DNA of 64,000 bases, taken from NCBI GenBank assembly GCA_013239625.1, contig MU054220.1, positions 1,355,509 to 1,419,508 of the forward strand. The letters run 5' to 3'. Below are positions 50,305 through 61,330 of this stretch, piece by piece. The translations under genes and the position numbers were made by a program. Position 1 is the first letter of the stretch. Every line of letters begins with the position of its first letter. The notes beneath the pieces were generated by a model, which ran no database searches, was not told the DNA's origin, and worked only from the letters and a program-made list of their open reading frames with translations. This DNA is from Lama guanicoe. Its lineage: Eukaryota.

Positions 50305-50455
50305 CCAGTGGTTCCCAAGCCTAAGAGATCATCAGAATCACTTGAGGAGCATGTAAGACATTATAGACTCCTGCCCAGAGTAGGTCTGGGGTGGAGCCTA
50401 GGAATCGTTATCATCACGAGTTCCTGCAGGTGATTCCATCAATCTCCTGGATTAG
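50305..50455. mobile_element. MER5-like DNA transposon
   Basis: CAGTGGTTCCCAAG..ATCAGAATCACTTG..GTAGGTCTGGGGTGGAGCC..CAGGTGATTC. Confidence 0.8.
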
Positions 50456-51019
50456 AAACTTCAGGTGTGAACCCAGCCCCCACTCAGCCACTACTCACCC
50501 AGCACCCAATTTCTCTTGGTGAAGTAACAGCATTCAGAAACTCTCCCTAAGATAAAAGGAAATGAAAGTTCTGCGGTTGCTTTAGCTGACTGCCCAGGTG
50601 AAGTTTCAGTTCTGCTTTAGAAAGAGAAAGGCCATCTAAGGTGATCAACACCTCCGAAGGGCGGGCTACACAGCGTTATAGGAGCATTTTCGATCCACTG
50701 ATACAACTGCTGGGAGGATGCCGGGAGAGGGGAGGGGCAGCCTGGCTGGGACGGTGACCCAGGGGCAGGAGTCCTGATGACGAACCCTCAGAGGAAACTG
50801 TTCTGGTGTCTGTGAACCTGACTATGACGGTTTTCACTGAAGGACTTTTCCTTTCTGACGTCCTTGATTATGATCTTGGACTGTGTACTTGGGGAATTCA
50901 GTGCTTGGGTTACCCAGCTAGAAGATGAAGCGTGTTCCCTGGATATCAGCAAGGCAGGTGTGTGCGCACGCGCTCACACACACACGAAAAAGAAAAAGAA
51001 TTTGATTAAAAAATTTCTT

Positions 51020-51147
51020 TTCTAATTTTTTTTTTAGGGGGGAGGTGATTAGGCTTATATATTTATTTTAACGGAGGTACTGGGTACTGAACCCAGGGCC
51101 TTATGCATGCTAAGCAGGCACTCTACCACTGAGCTATACCGTCCCTG
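51020..51147 (-). mobile_element. Camelid-type tRNA-Ala SINE
   Basis: GGAGGTACTGGGTACTGAACCCAGG...CTGAGCTATACC. Confidence 0.93.
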
Positions 51148-51175
51148 CCAATTTTTTCTTTTTTAAAAAAGCTCT

Positions 51176-51296
51176 GGTGAAAAATAATATGAAAATGAAT
51201 GTACGTATGTTCATGTACGACTGAAGCATTATGCTGTACACCAGGAATTGACACAACACTGTCAACTGACTATATTTCAATTTAAAAAATATAAAT
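51176..51296 (+). mobile_element. Very short young L1 3' end
   Basis: GGTGAAAAATAATATGAAAATG...GAATTGACACAACACTGTCAACTGACTATA; flanked by AAAAAGCTCT repeats. Confidence 0.9.
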
Positions 51297-51507
51297 AAAA
51301 AGCTCTGATGCAAAAAAAAAAGCTCTGATGACATGAAAAAAATAATGTTTTCCCTCAGGTTTATTTATTATACATTGTTCTTAGTTCACATTACTTGTAG
51401 GAGTGGAGGTGCACTACAATTTTTTTTGCTTTTTTTAATTAATAAACTTAACTTTTGAGAACAGTTTTAGGTTTACAGCACAATTGAGTGGAAAGTACAG
51501 AGTTCCC

Positions 51508-51572
51508 TAACTGAATCACTATGCTGTACGCCAGAAACTAACACAACATTGTCAGCCAAAAAATTTTTAAAA
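51508..51572 (+). mobile_element. 65-bp L1 3' fragment nested in L1MC
   Basis: Perfect 16-bp TSD AAAGTACAGAGTTCCC 51492-51507 / 51573-51588. Confidence 0.92.
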
Positions 51573-54406
51573 AAAGTACAGAGTTCCCATATATACTCCT
51601 TTGACCTCACATGAGCACAACCTCCCCCACAATGAAAATCCCCTTACATTAGAGTGATACACTTGTTACAATCAGTGGAACTACACTGACACATCATTGT
51701 CACTTGAAGTCCATAGTTTACATTAGGGTTCACTCTTGGTGTCCTACAGTCTATGGGTTTGGACAGATCATAATGACATGTATCCATCACTGCATTATTG
51801 TACGGAATGGTTGCACTGCCTTGAGAATCCTCTATGCTCTGCCTATTCACCCCTCCTCCTCCCTGCAGCCCCTGGTAACCATTCATCTTTTTACTGTTGC
51901 CACAGTTTTGCCTTTTCCAGAATGTCATGTAGTTGGAATCACACTATATAGCCTTGTCAGATTGGCTTCTTTCACTTAATAATATGCATTTTTTAAAGTT
52001 TCCTCCATGTCTTTTCATGGTGTGATAGCTCATTTCTTTTTAGAACTGAGTAACAGTCCATTCACCTACTGAAGGACATCTTGGTTGCTCCCAAGCTCTG
52101 ACAGTTATTAAAAAGCTGCTAGAAACACCTGTGTGAAGGTTTTATGCGGACATAAGTCTTCATTTGGGCAAATACTAAGGAGTATGATTGCTGGGTCACA
52201 TATTCAGAGTACGTTTACTTTTCTAAGAAAATGCCAAACTGTCTTTCAAAATGACTGTACCATTTTGCAGCCCCACTAACACCTATGAGAGTTCCTCGTC
52301 ATCATTGTTGTTGTCAACGTTTTGGATTTTGGCCATTCTCGTAGGTGTGTAGTGGTATCTCATGGTTTTAATTTGCAATTTCTAATTGCATATGTTGCTG
52401 AACATCTTTTTATGTGCTTACTTGCCGTCTGTATATGTTCTTTGGGGAAGTGTCTATCCAACCTGTTGACCATTTTTTAACTGGGTTGTTCATTTTCTTA
52501 TTGTTGAGTTTTAGGGTTCCTTGTATGTTTCAGATACGATCCTTTATAGGATGAATCTTTTGCAAGTATTTTCCCCCAGGCTGTGGCTTATCTTCTCATT
52601 CTCTTGACAGTGTCTTTCTCAGAGCAGAAGTTTTTAATTTTAATAAAGCTCAGCTTTTCAGTTACTTTTTTAGATCATATCTTTGGTGTTCTATCTAAAG
52701 TCACTGCCATACCCAAGGTCATCCAGGTTTTCTCCTATGTTATCCTCTAGGAGTTTTGTAGTTTTGCATTTTACATTTAGGTCTATGATCTATTTTGAGT
52801 TACTTTTTGTGAAGTGTGTTAAGGTCCGTGTCTAAATTAATTTTATTGCACGTGGATGTCCAGTTGTTCCAGCACCATTTGTTGAAAAGATTATCTTCGC
52901 TCCATTGTTCTGCCTGTGCTCACTTGTCAAAGATCAGTTGACTATACCCATGTGAGTATGTTTCTGGGCTCTCTATTCTGTTCCACTGGTCTAATAGTCT
53001 TTTCTTTCACCAATATCACACTGTATTGATTACCACAGCTTTTATAGTCTCGAAAGTGAGCAGTGTCAGTTCTCCAGTTTTGTTCTTCTTCAAAATCAAG
53101 TTAGCCATTCTGAGTCTTTTGTCTTTCCATACAAACTTTAGAATTGGTTTGTCTTCACCCAAAAATAACTTGCTGGGATTTTGATTGGCATTACATCAAA
53201 TCAAGCTGGGAAGGACTGACATCTTTGCAATATTGATTCTTCCTATCTGTCCATGGAATAAGTCTCCATTTATTTAGCTCTTCTTTGATATCTTTCATCA
53301 GAGTTTTGTTGTTTTTCTCATAAATTTTTCAAATATTTTGTAGGTTTTTCAGTTTGGCAGTTGCTATGTAAGGAGTATTTTTTTTTTAATTTCAAATTCT
53401 ATGTGTTTGTTGCTGGTATATAGGAAAACAATTGTCTTTTGTATATTTACTTATTATTTTGAAATCTTGTTATAGTAACTTACTAGGTTCATGAGGGGCT
53501 TTTTGGTCAATTTTTTTCAAATTTTCTACACAGACAATCATGTCATCTACCTAAAAAAGCAGTTTTATTTGTCCTTTCCCAATGTGTACACCTTTTATTT
53601 CCTTTTCTTGACTTACTATATTGGCTAGGACTTCCAGAATAATGTCAAAAAGCAGTAGTGAGAGGCAACCTCTCGCCTTGTTCCTGATCTTAGTGGAAAT
53701 ACTTCTACTTTCTAACCATTATGTGTATCAGGTGTAGGTTTTTGTAGACGTTCTTTATCAAGTTTAGGAATTCTATTCCTCTATTCCTAGTTGCTAAGAG
53801 TTTTTCTCATGAATGAATGTTGGAATTTGTCAAATGCTCTTTCTGTACCTAATCCTATAATAATGTTATTTTTCGCCTTTATTTTGTTGATGTGATTTTC
53901 AACTGTTGAACCAGTCTTACATATCTGGAATAAATCCCACTTTGTCATGGTGTATAGTTCTTCTTAAACATAGTTGAATTTAATTTACTAATATTTTGTG
54001 GAGGATTTTTCCATTTTAATTCATGAGAGATATTGGTCTGTAGTTTTCTTTTCTTATAATTTCTTTATCTGATTATGGTATTAGAGTAATGCTGGCCTCA
54101 GAAAATGAGTTAGGAAGTCTCCCCTCTGATTATATCCTCTGGAAGAGATTGCAGAGGACAGGTATAATTTCTTCCTTAAATGTTTGGTAGACTTTATCAG
54201 TGAACCCTTCTAGGCCTTGTACTTTCTGTTTTGGAAGGTTGTTGATAATTTATTCAATTTCTTTAATAGATATAGACCTATTTAGGTTTTCTATTTCTTT
54301 TTGTGTGAGTTCTGGCAGATTGTGTCTTTTAAAGTATTGATCTATTTCATCTACGTTATCAAATTTGTGAGCATAGAGTTGTTCATAACATTTCTTTATT
54401 ATCCTT

Positions 54407-54569
54407 CTAAAAAAATTTTTTTAAAGCATCACTTTTGTTTGTTTGTTTGTTGAGGGGGGTAATTAGGTTTATTTATGTATGTATTTATTTAAGTGGAGGT
54501 ACTGGGGATTGAACCTAGGACCTTGTGCATGCTAAGCACATGCTCTGCCACTTGAGATACACCCTCCCC
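54407..54569 (-). mobile_element. Camelid-type tRNA-Ala SINE in L1MC
   Basis: TSD CTTTATTATCCTT 54394-54406 / 54570-54582. Confidence 0.95.
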
Positions 54570-54633
54570 CTTTATTATCCTTTCAATGCCCATAGAATCT
54601 GAAGTGTCTCATGAATGTCTCCTCTTAAGTTTC

Positions 54634-54705
54634 TTTTTTAAAAATTGACGTGTAGTTGATTTACAATTTCATATTAGTTTCTGGTGTGCTGTAAAGTGAT
54701 TCAGG

Positions 54706-54747
<42 letters not shown>

Positions 54748-55181
54748 CTTATATATACACACACATATAAATATACCTGAATATATATACATGTGTATAT
54801 ATATACACACATACATATACATACATATATATTCTTTTTCAGATTCTTACCCATTACAGTTTATTATAAGATATTGATTATAGTTCTCTGTTCTATACAG
54901 TAGGACCTTATTGTTTATCTATTTTATATATAGTAGTGTATATCTGCTAATCCAAAACTCCTAATTTATTCCTCCTCCACCCCTCTCCCTTTGGTAATGG
55001 TAAGTTTGCTTTCTATGTCTGTGTCTGTTTGTTTTGTAACTAAGTTCATTTGTATTATTTTTTTAGATTCCACATATAAGTGATATTTGTCTTTTTCTGA
55101 CTTATTTCATTTAGTATGATAATCTCTAGATCCATCCATGTTTCTGCAAATGGCATTATTTCATTCTTTTTTATAGGTGAG
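54634..55181 (-). mobile_element. Young L1 3' end with (TG)n/(TA)n, no TSD
   Basis: GTAGTTGATTTACAAT...GCAAATGGCATTATTTCATTC. Confidence 0.92.
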
Positions 55182-55797
55182 ATTGTGACCCATACCATTT
55201 TTCTTCCCTCTAAAGAACTGCTTTTAACATTTCTTGCAGGGCATGTTTACAAGCAACAAGTTCTCTCAATTTTTGTTTGTGTAAGAAAGTCTATTTTTCC
55301 TTTACTTTTGAAGGATAGTTTTGCAGGGTATAGAATTCTAGGTTGGTGGGGGTTTCTCTCAACACTTTAGAAATTTCATTCCATTTTTCTTGCTTGTATG
55401 GTTTCAAGGAGAAGTTGGATGTAATTGTTACCTTTCTTTTCTATAGGTATTTTTCCCATTGGCTTCTTTCAAAATTTTATATTTATCTTGATTTTCTGAA
55501 GTTTGAATATGATATGCATATGTGCAACATTTTTGGCATTTATCCTGCTTGGAGTTCCTTGAGCTCTCTGGTTCTGTGGCTTGGTGTCTGACATGAATTT
55601 GAGTTAATTTTCAGTCATTACTGCTTCCAATATTGCTTCTATTTCTTTCTCTTTTTATTTTCCTTCTGGTATTCCTGTTACATGTATGTTACACCTTTTG
55701 TAACTGTCCTACAGTTCTTGGATATTCTATTCTGGGGTTTTTTTTCCCGGTCTTTTTTTTTTTTTTTCTTTTGTTTTTTCTTTTTTTGAATTTTTTT

Positions 55798-55860
55798 NNN
55801 NNNNNNNNNNNNNNNNNNNNNNNNNNNNNNNNNNNNNNNNNNNNNNNNNNNNNNNNNNNN
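55798..55860. other. Assembly gap (63 N) within a poly(T) tract
   Basis: Direct read. Confidence 1.
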
Positions 55861-57059
55861 TTTTTTTTTTTTTTCCTCTTGGCTTTTCAGTTTTGGAAAT
55901 TTCTATTATCATATTCTCAAACTCAGAAGTTTTTTCCTCAGCTATGTCCATTCTTCTAACGAGCCCATCAAAGGCATTTTTCATTTGTTTTTTATCTCTA
56001 GTATTTAAAATTATTTTTTCCTTAGAATTTCCATCTCTCTATATTACCCATCTGTTCTTACATGTTGTCTACTCTTTCCATTAAAATCTTTGGTATAGTA
56101 ATCATAGTTTTAAAAAATTCCTTGTCTGACATTTGCAACATTCCTACATTATTGCCTCTGGTTCTGATATTTGTTCAATCTCTTTAAACTATGTTTCTTG
56201 CCCTTGAGGGTGCTTGTAAATTATTGTTGAAAGGTGAACATGATGCACTGGGTAAACAGAACTGCAGAAAATAGGCCTTTAGTAATATGATGGTAAAGGG
56301 TGAGGGGGGAGAAGTGTTCTATAGTCCTACGATGAGGTCTCAGTCTTTCGGCGAGCCTGTGCTCCTGGACTGTGAACTTCACCAGTGCTTTTAACACCCA
56401 TCCACCCCCAACCGCAGTTGGGCCAGTATGGGGCTATGAATTTCCCTTTTCCCATGTGGAAGGCTAGAGGGGGCTAGAGTTGGATATTTCTGTTCTGCCA
56501 AGGTTTAGTTAGGCTCTGATAAAGCCCCAGTAGCTTAAGCTCTGGTAAAAGAGTTTCTCCTGAGGGCAGGTCTTATTAAGAAGAACAGAATACTCTAACA
56601 TACTTCAAAATGGTTCCTTTTTCTCCTCCACCTGCTGGAAGTATGAGTGCCCTTCTTCATTATTCACTGTGAGGAATATTAGTACAAAAGTGTGGGCCCC
56701 TCCCTTATGACTGGGTCCCCCTGGGGTTTTTAACTCTTAGAGTTGTCTGCACTGAGCCTCCAGAAACTTGTCAAGTACAGTTCAGGTTTTCCTACCCTAC
56801 CGTTGATTCCCATGGTGGTTTCTGCTCCCATAAGTTATGATTCTCTGTATCTACTGATCTGTCTCAGTGGTTTGCCCTGTGACCTCATTTCTTTGATGGA
56901 TCTAGGAAAATTTTTTTTCGTTTGTTCAACTTTTTACTTGTTGTTAGGATGGTGCAGTAATTTCTAAGCTCTTTACATGCCAGACAAGAAACTGGAAGTC
57001 CCCCACCCTTCAATACTGAGGGGTCTCTAAAAGGTCTTCCTCTGCCCTAGGAGAACTGC

Positions 57060-57290
57060 ATTTTGGTTAACATTTGTCAAGCAACATCTTACCAGGTGTC
57101 TGGTAAACACTTTCACACTTGTTATCTCACTAAGTCCTTAGAACAGCTCTGAGAGGAAAGTATTAAAATTACCCCCATTTTATAGATGAGGAAACTGATT
57201 CTCAAAAAATGTAAATGACTCACAACAATTATATAAATAGAAAGTGGTAGAGCTAAGATTAAAACCAGGTCTTCTTCTAATTCCAAGGAT
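57060..57290 (-). mobile_element. MIR SINE
   Basis: CCCCATTTTATAGATGAGGAAACTGA. Confidence 0.85.
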
Positions 57291-57674
57291 GGGGAGACTG
57301 AACTTTAGGACATTAAAAGTCTCAAGAGATAACTTTAGAAAATTAAAAGTCTTGAGTGATTTCCTGCTCCCCCAGCTCCTGTGGGACCGTCACTTGTGTT
57401 TTGGTTGGCATAGAGGTCGGGACACGAGGGAAGCTGAGATCTACCCACTGAATCAGTGTTGTAGCAGAGGCTTGAGCAACTATATGGCCATTGCAATCAG
57501 GTTTATTCTGACTTACCAAACTACACTGCCACAGCTAGCAAAAAACTGTTACAGTCCAATTTCAAAAAGCACTTCTTCCATTTTATTTTTGACTGTAGAG
57601 ACCAGAGGTTCGTCATCAGGGTCTAGAGTTCCTCAAGGGTCCTCAAGGGCATCAGGAAGTTCATGAACCTCTTG

Positions 57675-57762
57675 TGGGGAGGTTATAGCTCAGTGGTAGA
57701 GTGCATGCTTAGCATGCACAAGTTCCTGGATTCAATCCCCCATACCTCCATTTAAAAAAAAA
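57675..57762 (+). mobile_element. Camelid-type tRNA-Ala SINE (short form; 5' unit of composite)
   Basis: GGGGAGGTTATAGCTCAGTGGTAGAGTGCATGCTTAGCATGCAC...ACCTCCATTTAAAAAAAAA. Confidence 0.95.
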
Positions 57763-57848
57763 GTTGGCAATTGACAACATTCTTTGGTCCCTTTCACTTT
57801 GCAAATACATAGAAAAATAATTTCTTACAAAAAAATAAAAATAAAAGA

Positions 57849-57990
57849 GGGGAGGGCATAGTTCAAGTGGTAGAGTGCATGCTGGGCTCAATCTCCAGTA
57901 CCTCCTCTTAAAATAAATAAATAAACCTAATTACCTCCCCTTCCCCTCCAAAAAAACTTTAAAACACTAAATTTAAAAAAAAAAAAAAGA
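57849..57990 (+). mobile_element. Camelid-type tRNA-Ala SINE with anticodon-arm deletion
   Basis: GAGTGCATGC|TGGGCTCAATC junction; long-form tail present. Confidence 0.92.
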
Positions 57991-58610
57991 CACTTGGGAA
58001 AAAAAGTGTAATAGTTTAAAAAAAAAGAAGTTTGTGAACCTCTTAAAACTGTGCTGCATTGTGTAGGTGTGAGAAAATGAATTTTTCTGAGGAGAGGCTT
58101 TATCCTTTTCATTAAAATTCTCTAAGAGTTCTCTCATGCAAACAAGTTTAGAAATAATTAATATAGGCTTATGTCTGAGAAGAGTTTGTTTTTAAATTTT
58201 CTAACTCCAGCCTAGGGAGAGAACCAGATACTAGTAAGGAATGCAGCAGTTCATATCAGGAAATAATAATCACACTAATACTTCAGTAATTACTTTTTTC
58301 CTCTGTGCTGATCGAGACATAGATCTGGCTTTGGTGAAACCAAAAAAAAAGAAACCCCAACGATTTGTGCTAAGACCAAGAGGATGCATCTGTTTCCTGA
58401 ATCAGCCAGATCAAATGAGCACTGCATGAAACGCGGCCTGTACTGAGACTTCATTTTCTTCCAAAGACAGATGAAGCAGTTGCAGTCAAAGGGAGAAAGA
58501 AAAAGAAAAAAAAAATTAAGCCTAGGCAAAATCAGAACTATGATGCCAATGGATTTCTTGAAATGGTACCTTCTCCAAACTAAAATTCATTCCTAACAGG
58601 TATTATTTCT

Positions 58611-58745
58611 TTTTTTTTTAATTTTTGTTGGGGGAGAAGGTAATTAGGCTTATTTATTTTATTTTAATAGAAGTACTGGGGATTAAACCCAGGACTTCGT
58701 GCATGCTAAGCACTCATTCTACCAATGAGCTACACCCTCCCTCCT
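58611..58745 (-). mobile_element. Camelid-type tRNA-Ala SINE
   Basis: Perfect 18-bp TSD CTAACAGGTATTATTTCT 58593-58610 / 58746-58763. Confidence 0.97.
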
Positions 58746-58929
58746 CTAACAGGTATTATTTCTAAAGTGCCTGTAAAGTAACTCTAGTCTGAAATTTTTA
58801 TACAGTGGAGGCTTTGGCTCAGTCCGTCTGATTTATTTTGGCAAGGACTGCATTGTATTCTGCCCCCAGCTCCTGCGTCTTTCCCCATCTTCCACCTGCC
58901 TGCCAAGATCCAGTCACGTTCAGTTCTTT

Positions 58930-59235
58930 GACATTCTCTCACTTGCCTCTGCACTTTGCATTTGCTTTTCCCTCTGCTTGAAATACTTTCACTTCCTCAT
59001 CCCCTGGCTATCTCCTCCTCAGCCCAAGGGACATCTCTTCTAGGGAGCTTTCTTCAACCCCTTCAGAGAAATTTTCTGTCCCTGGTATCTCTGTAGTATC
59101 CTGTGTGTACCCTTCTCCACGAGCACCGTTCCACCTAAGCTCCTTGAGGGCAGGAGCCATCTCTCTCACCCAGGATCTCTAAGCATGTCTGACACATAAT
59201 AAGCTTTTACCAGATATGTGTAAAATGAATGAGTG
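58930..59235 (+). mobile_element. L2 3' end
   Basis: CTTTGCATTTGCTTTTCCCTCTGC; TAAGCTCCTTGAGGGCAGG; AATGAATGA. Confidence 0.78.
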
Positions 59236-59628
59236 GCTAATTTCCCATCCATGCCTAATAAGAAGCATTAAGTAATAGACCCTTGTGCAAATATTCTGGA
59301 AGTAACTGAAATACTCTCTGTTCTCTTTTTCCCACCTCTTGGAACCGGGGATTTTAGAAATACTGACCTCTCAATATTAAAAAGCTCAATTTAACACCCC
59401 CGCCACATCAAAGGAGCTCTAAGAAAAAAGGAAAAGATAATCTGATTTATTTGAAGAAAACAGATTCTATGTAATACAGTAAAACAAAAGAAAAGTTTGA
59501 GATTTTAGTCTCAAAAATACGTTTCTTTTTTCTGAAGATATTACTTTGATGTTCAGGGTAAATAGCTATTGTTGACCTCTTTTTTTAAAAAAATCTGCTG
59601 CATGTGACATATAAATTCCTTTAATTAC

Positions 59629-59745
59629 CTGTCTTTCCAAGCGGCCGAATAAGAGCTGCTGCTTTAGTCATAATGCTGCTCAGCTCTAAGTTTGAGAAAT
59701 GTGGTTGCAAAACTGAGATGATATGAAGCTTTTAACTTCTTTCCT
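59629..59745 (-). other. Candidate spliced exon (non-coding or 5' UTR)
   Basis: Minus strand: long pyrimidine tract ending CTTTCTTAG| and donor CAG|GTAATT; 117 nt; stops in all three through-frames. Confidence 0.3.
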
Positions 59746-60709
59746 CTAAGAAAGGTGATACATGGAGAGAAAAAAGGAAAACAGACCAGAGATCAGTGAC
59801 TTTGGTAATGACATCTGAGAAGACCTGAGCCTGGTCTCCGACTGCTGAATGTGCTTAAGGCAAGTGAAATGGATCAAATCACATACAAAAAGAAATATTT
59901 TAATCCCACAAATGGGACTTGAAATAAATTCAAATTTTAAAGAATAGAATAGCTGCTCTTTTTCCCAGAAGCAGGTAGCTGTATAAAATGACCAGCTGAT
60001 ACCAGAATTCTCATTCCTTTTTCATGTTGAAATGGTAAAAGATCATAGGCTTTCAGATTTAAAAGAGACTTTGAAGATCAGTTCCTCCATGCTCTCACTC
60101 TTACCCATCCTGATTTGATTCTGCCATTATATTCCTGGGGAGCACAGGTGGAATCCAACCTAAAATAGGCTTTCTCAGAAGGATCTGGTCCTCTGAATAG
60201 TTGCCCCAAGGATCATCTGGTCTAAGCACCTTCACTTCTCTCACAAGGAAGATGATGTCTAAATAAAAGCTCCTGACAGGTGTGTCTAGTACTTTACGAC
60301 GTACAAAGCATGTTCTCATCTCAGAATCTGATTCAATAAAGAAGGATTCCGAGGCTTCCCAGGATCACCCAGCTTGTTAATGTTGGAACCTGGACCAGAA
60401 TTCCTGGTATAATACCCTTTCTCCTTCACTATGATACTTACAGAAAATTATTTCAAAATGCTATTTATATGATCCTGAGCAGGAGGGTTTGGCCATATCC
60501 AGGTGTAATATGGAGGCAAGTTATAGATTTTGATGTTTCACAATGAAATTAACAAATCCCTTGATGAGGTGGGCACACTGCACACAGCCCTTAAGGAAAT
60601 GTGAAAGAGATATCTCAAAGCTGCAGTGAAACTGGTAACACCAAAGTCAGTGGTGGTTTGCCTCATTTTAAAGCACATCACTGGATTATTTGGGAAGATG
60701 TGTCATAAG

Positions 60710-61010
60710 CAGTGCTCTCAAACTTTGATGCATATAGAGGCATCTCACGATCATGGTAAATGCAGATTCTGATTCAGTCTTGGGTGGGGCCTGAGGTAAT
60801 GTATTTCTAACATTCCTCCCCAGTTTACTGATGCTACTGGTCCAAGGAGCAGACTGTGAGCAGCTAGTTGTACGGTAGAACTAGAAAGTTGTAGAAAGCA
60901 GAAGACTCAGATCCCAGTCTCAACTGTACATTTATGGGCCATTTGATCTTGGGCAAGTCTCACTCTAAGTGTGTTTCCTCTCCTGAAGAGTAGGGGTTAT
61001 TATGCTCACG
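60710..61010. mobile_element. MER5-like element followed by MIR
   Basis: AAATGCAGATTCTGATTCAGTCTTGGGTGGGGCCTGAG; GATCTTGGGCAAGTC. Confidence 0.8.
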
Positions 61011-61069
61011 CCTCTGTATGGACCAAGAGCTTGAGACTGTCATGTGCCATTCATTTTCTGGGACTTTGT

Positions 61070-61330
61070 CTTAAACGTGCATACAGAGATGTTTATCACA
61101 ATACTTTTTACAATAGTGAAAAAGAAGAAGACACCTAAATAGCCAAAATTAGGGAAATATTTTAGAGTAAGCTAGGATAGATCCATTGAACTGAATATTA
61201 AGCAGGTACCTAAAATCATGTTTAGGGAGAAGACATAAGAATATGGGGGAAAATGTGCATGCAATAACATTGTTTTTAATCCAAAGTACAAAACTGTATA
61301 CACAGAATAATCTCTACACTAAATATATAA
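61070..61330 (+). mobile_element. L1ME-type 3' fragment
   Basis: GATGTTTATCACAATACTTTTTACAATAGTGAAAAA..ACCTAAAT. Confidence 0.65.

Larger units (their letters stand above)
51430..57000 (-). mobile_element. Large decayed L1MC1-like element (3' UTR, ORF2 RT, ORF1, 5' UTR), pseudogenised
   Basis: L1MC1-type 3' UTR (ACATTAGGGTTCACTCTTGGTG); minus-strand FPLRSGTR (~53665-53700) and VDDMIV (~53530-53550) of RT; QPRILYPAKLSFK (~55305-55345) and MKNAFDGLVRRMDIAEEK coiled coil of ORF1. Confidence 0.92.
57602..58160 (+). mobile_element. Charlie4z-like hAT element split by a composite SINE insertion
   Basis: CAGAGGTTC..GTGAACC..TTTTTCTGAGGAGAGG..TTTCATTAAAATTCTC. Confidence 0.65.

Noticed and set aside
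50774..50812. Hammerhead ribozyme-like core CTGATGA...GAAAC
   Set aside because: The intervening CGAACCCTCAGAG cannot form stem II, and I found no convincing stems I or III
57630..57649. TCCTCAAGGG x2 direct repeat
   Set aside because: Simple 10-bp slippage duplication within a DNA transposon remnant
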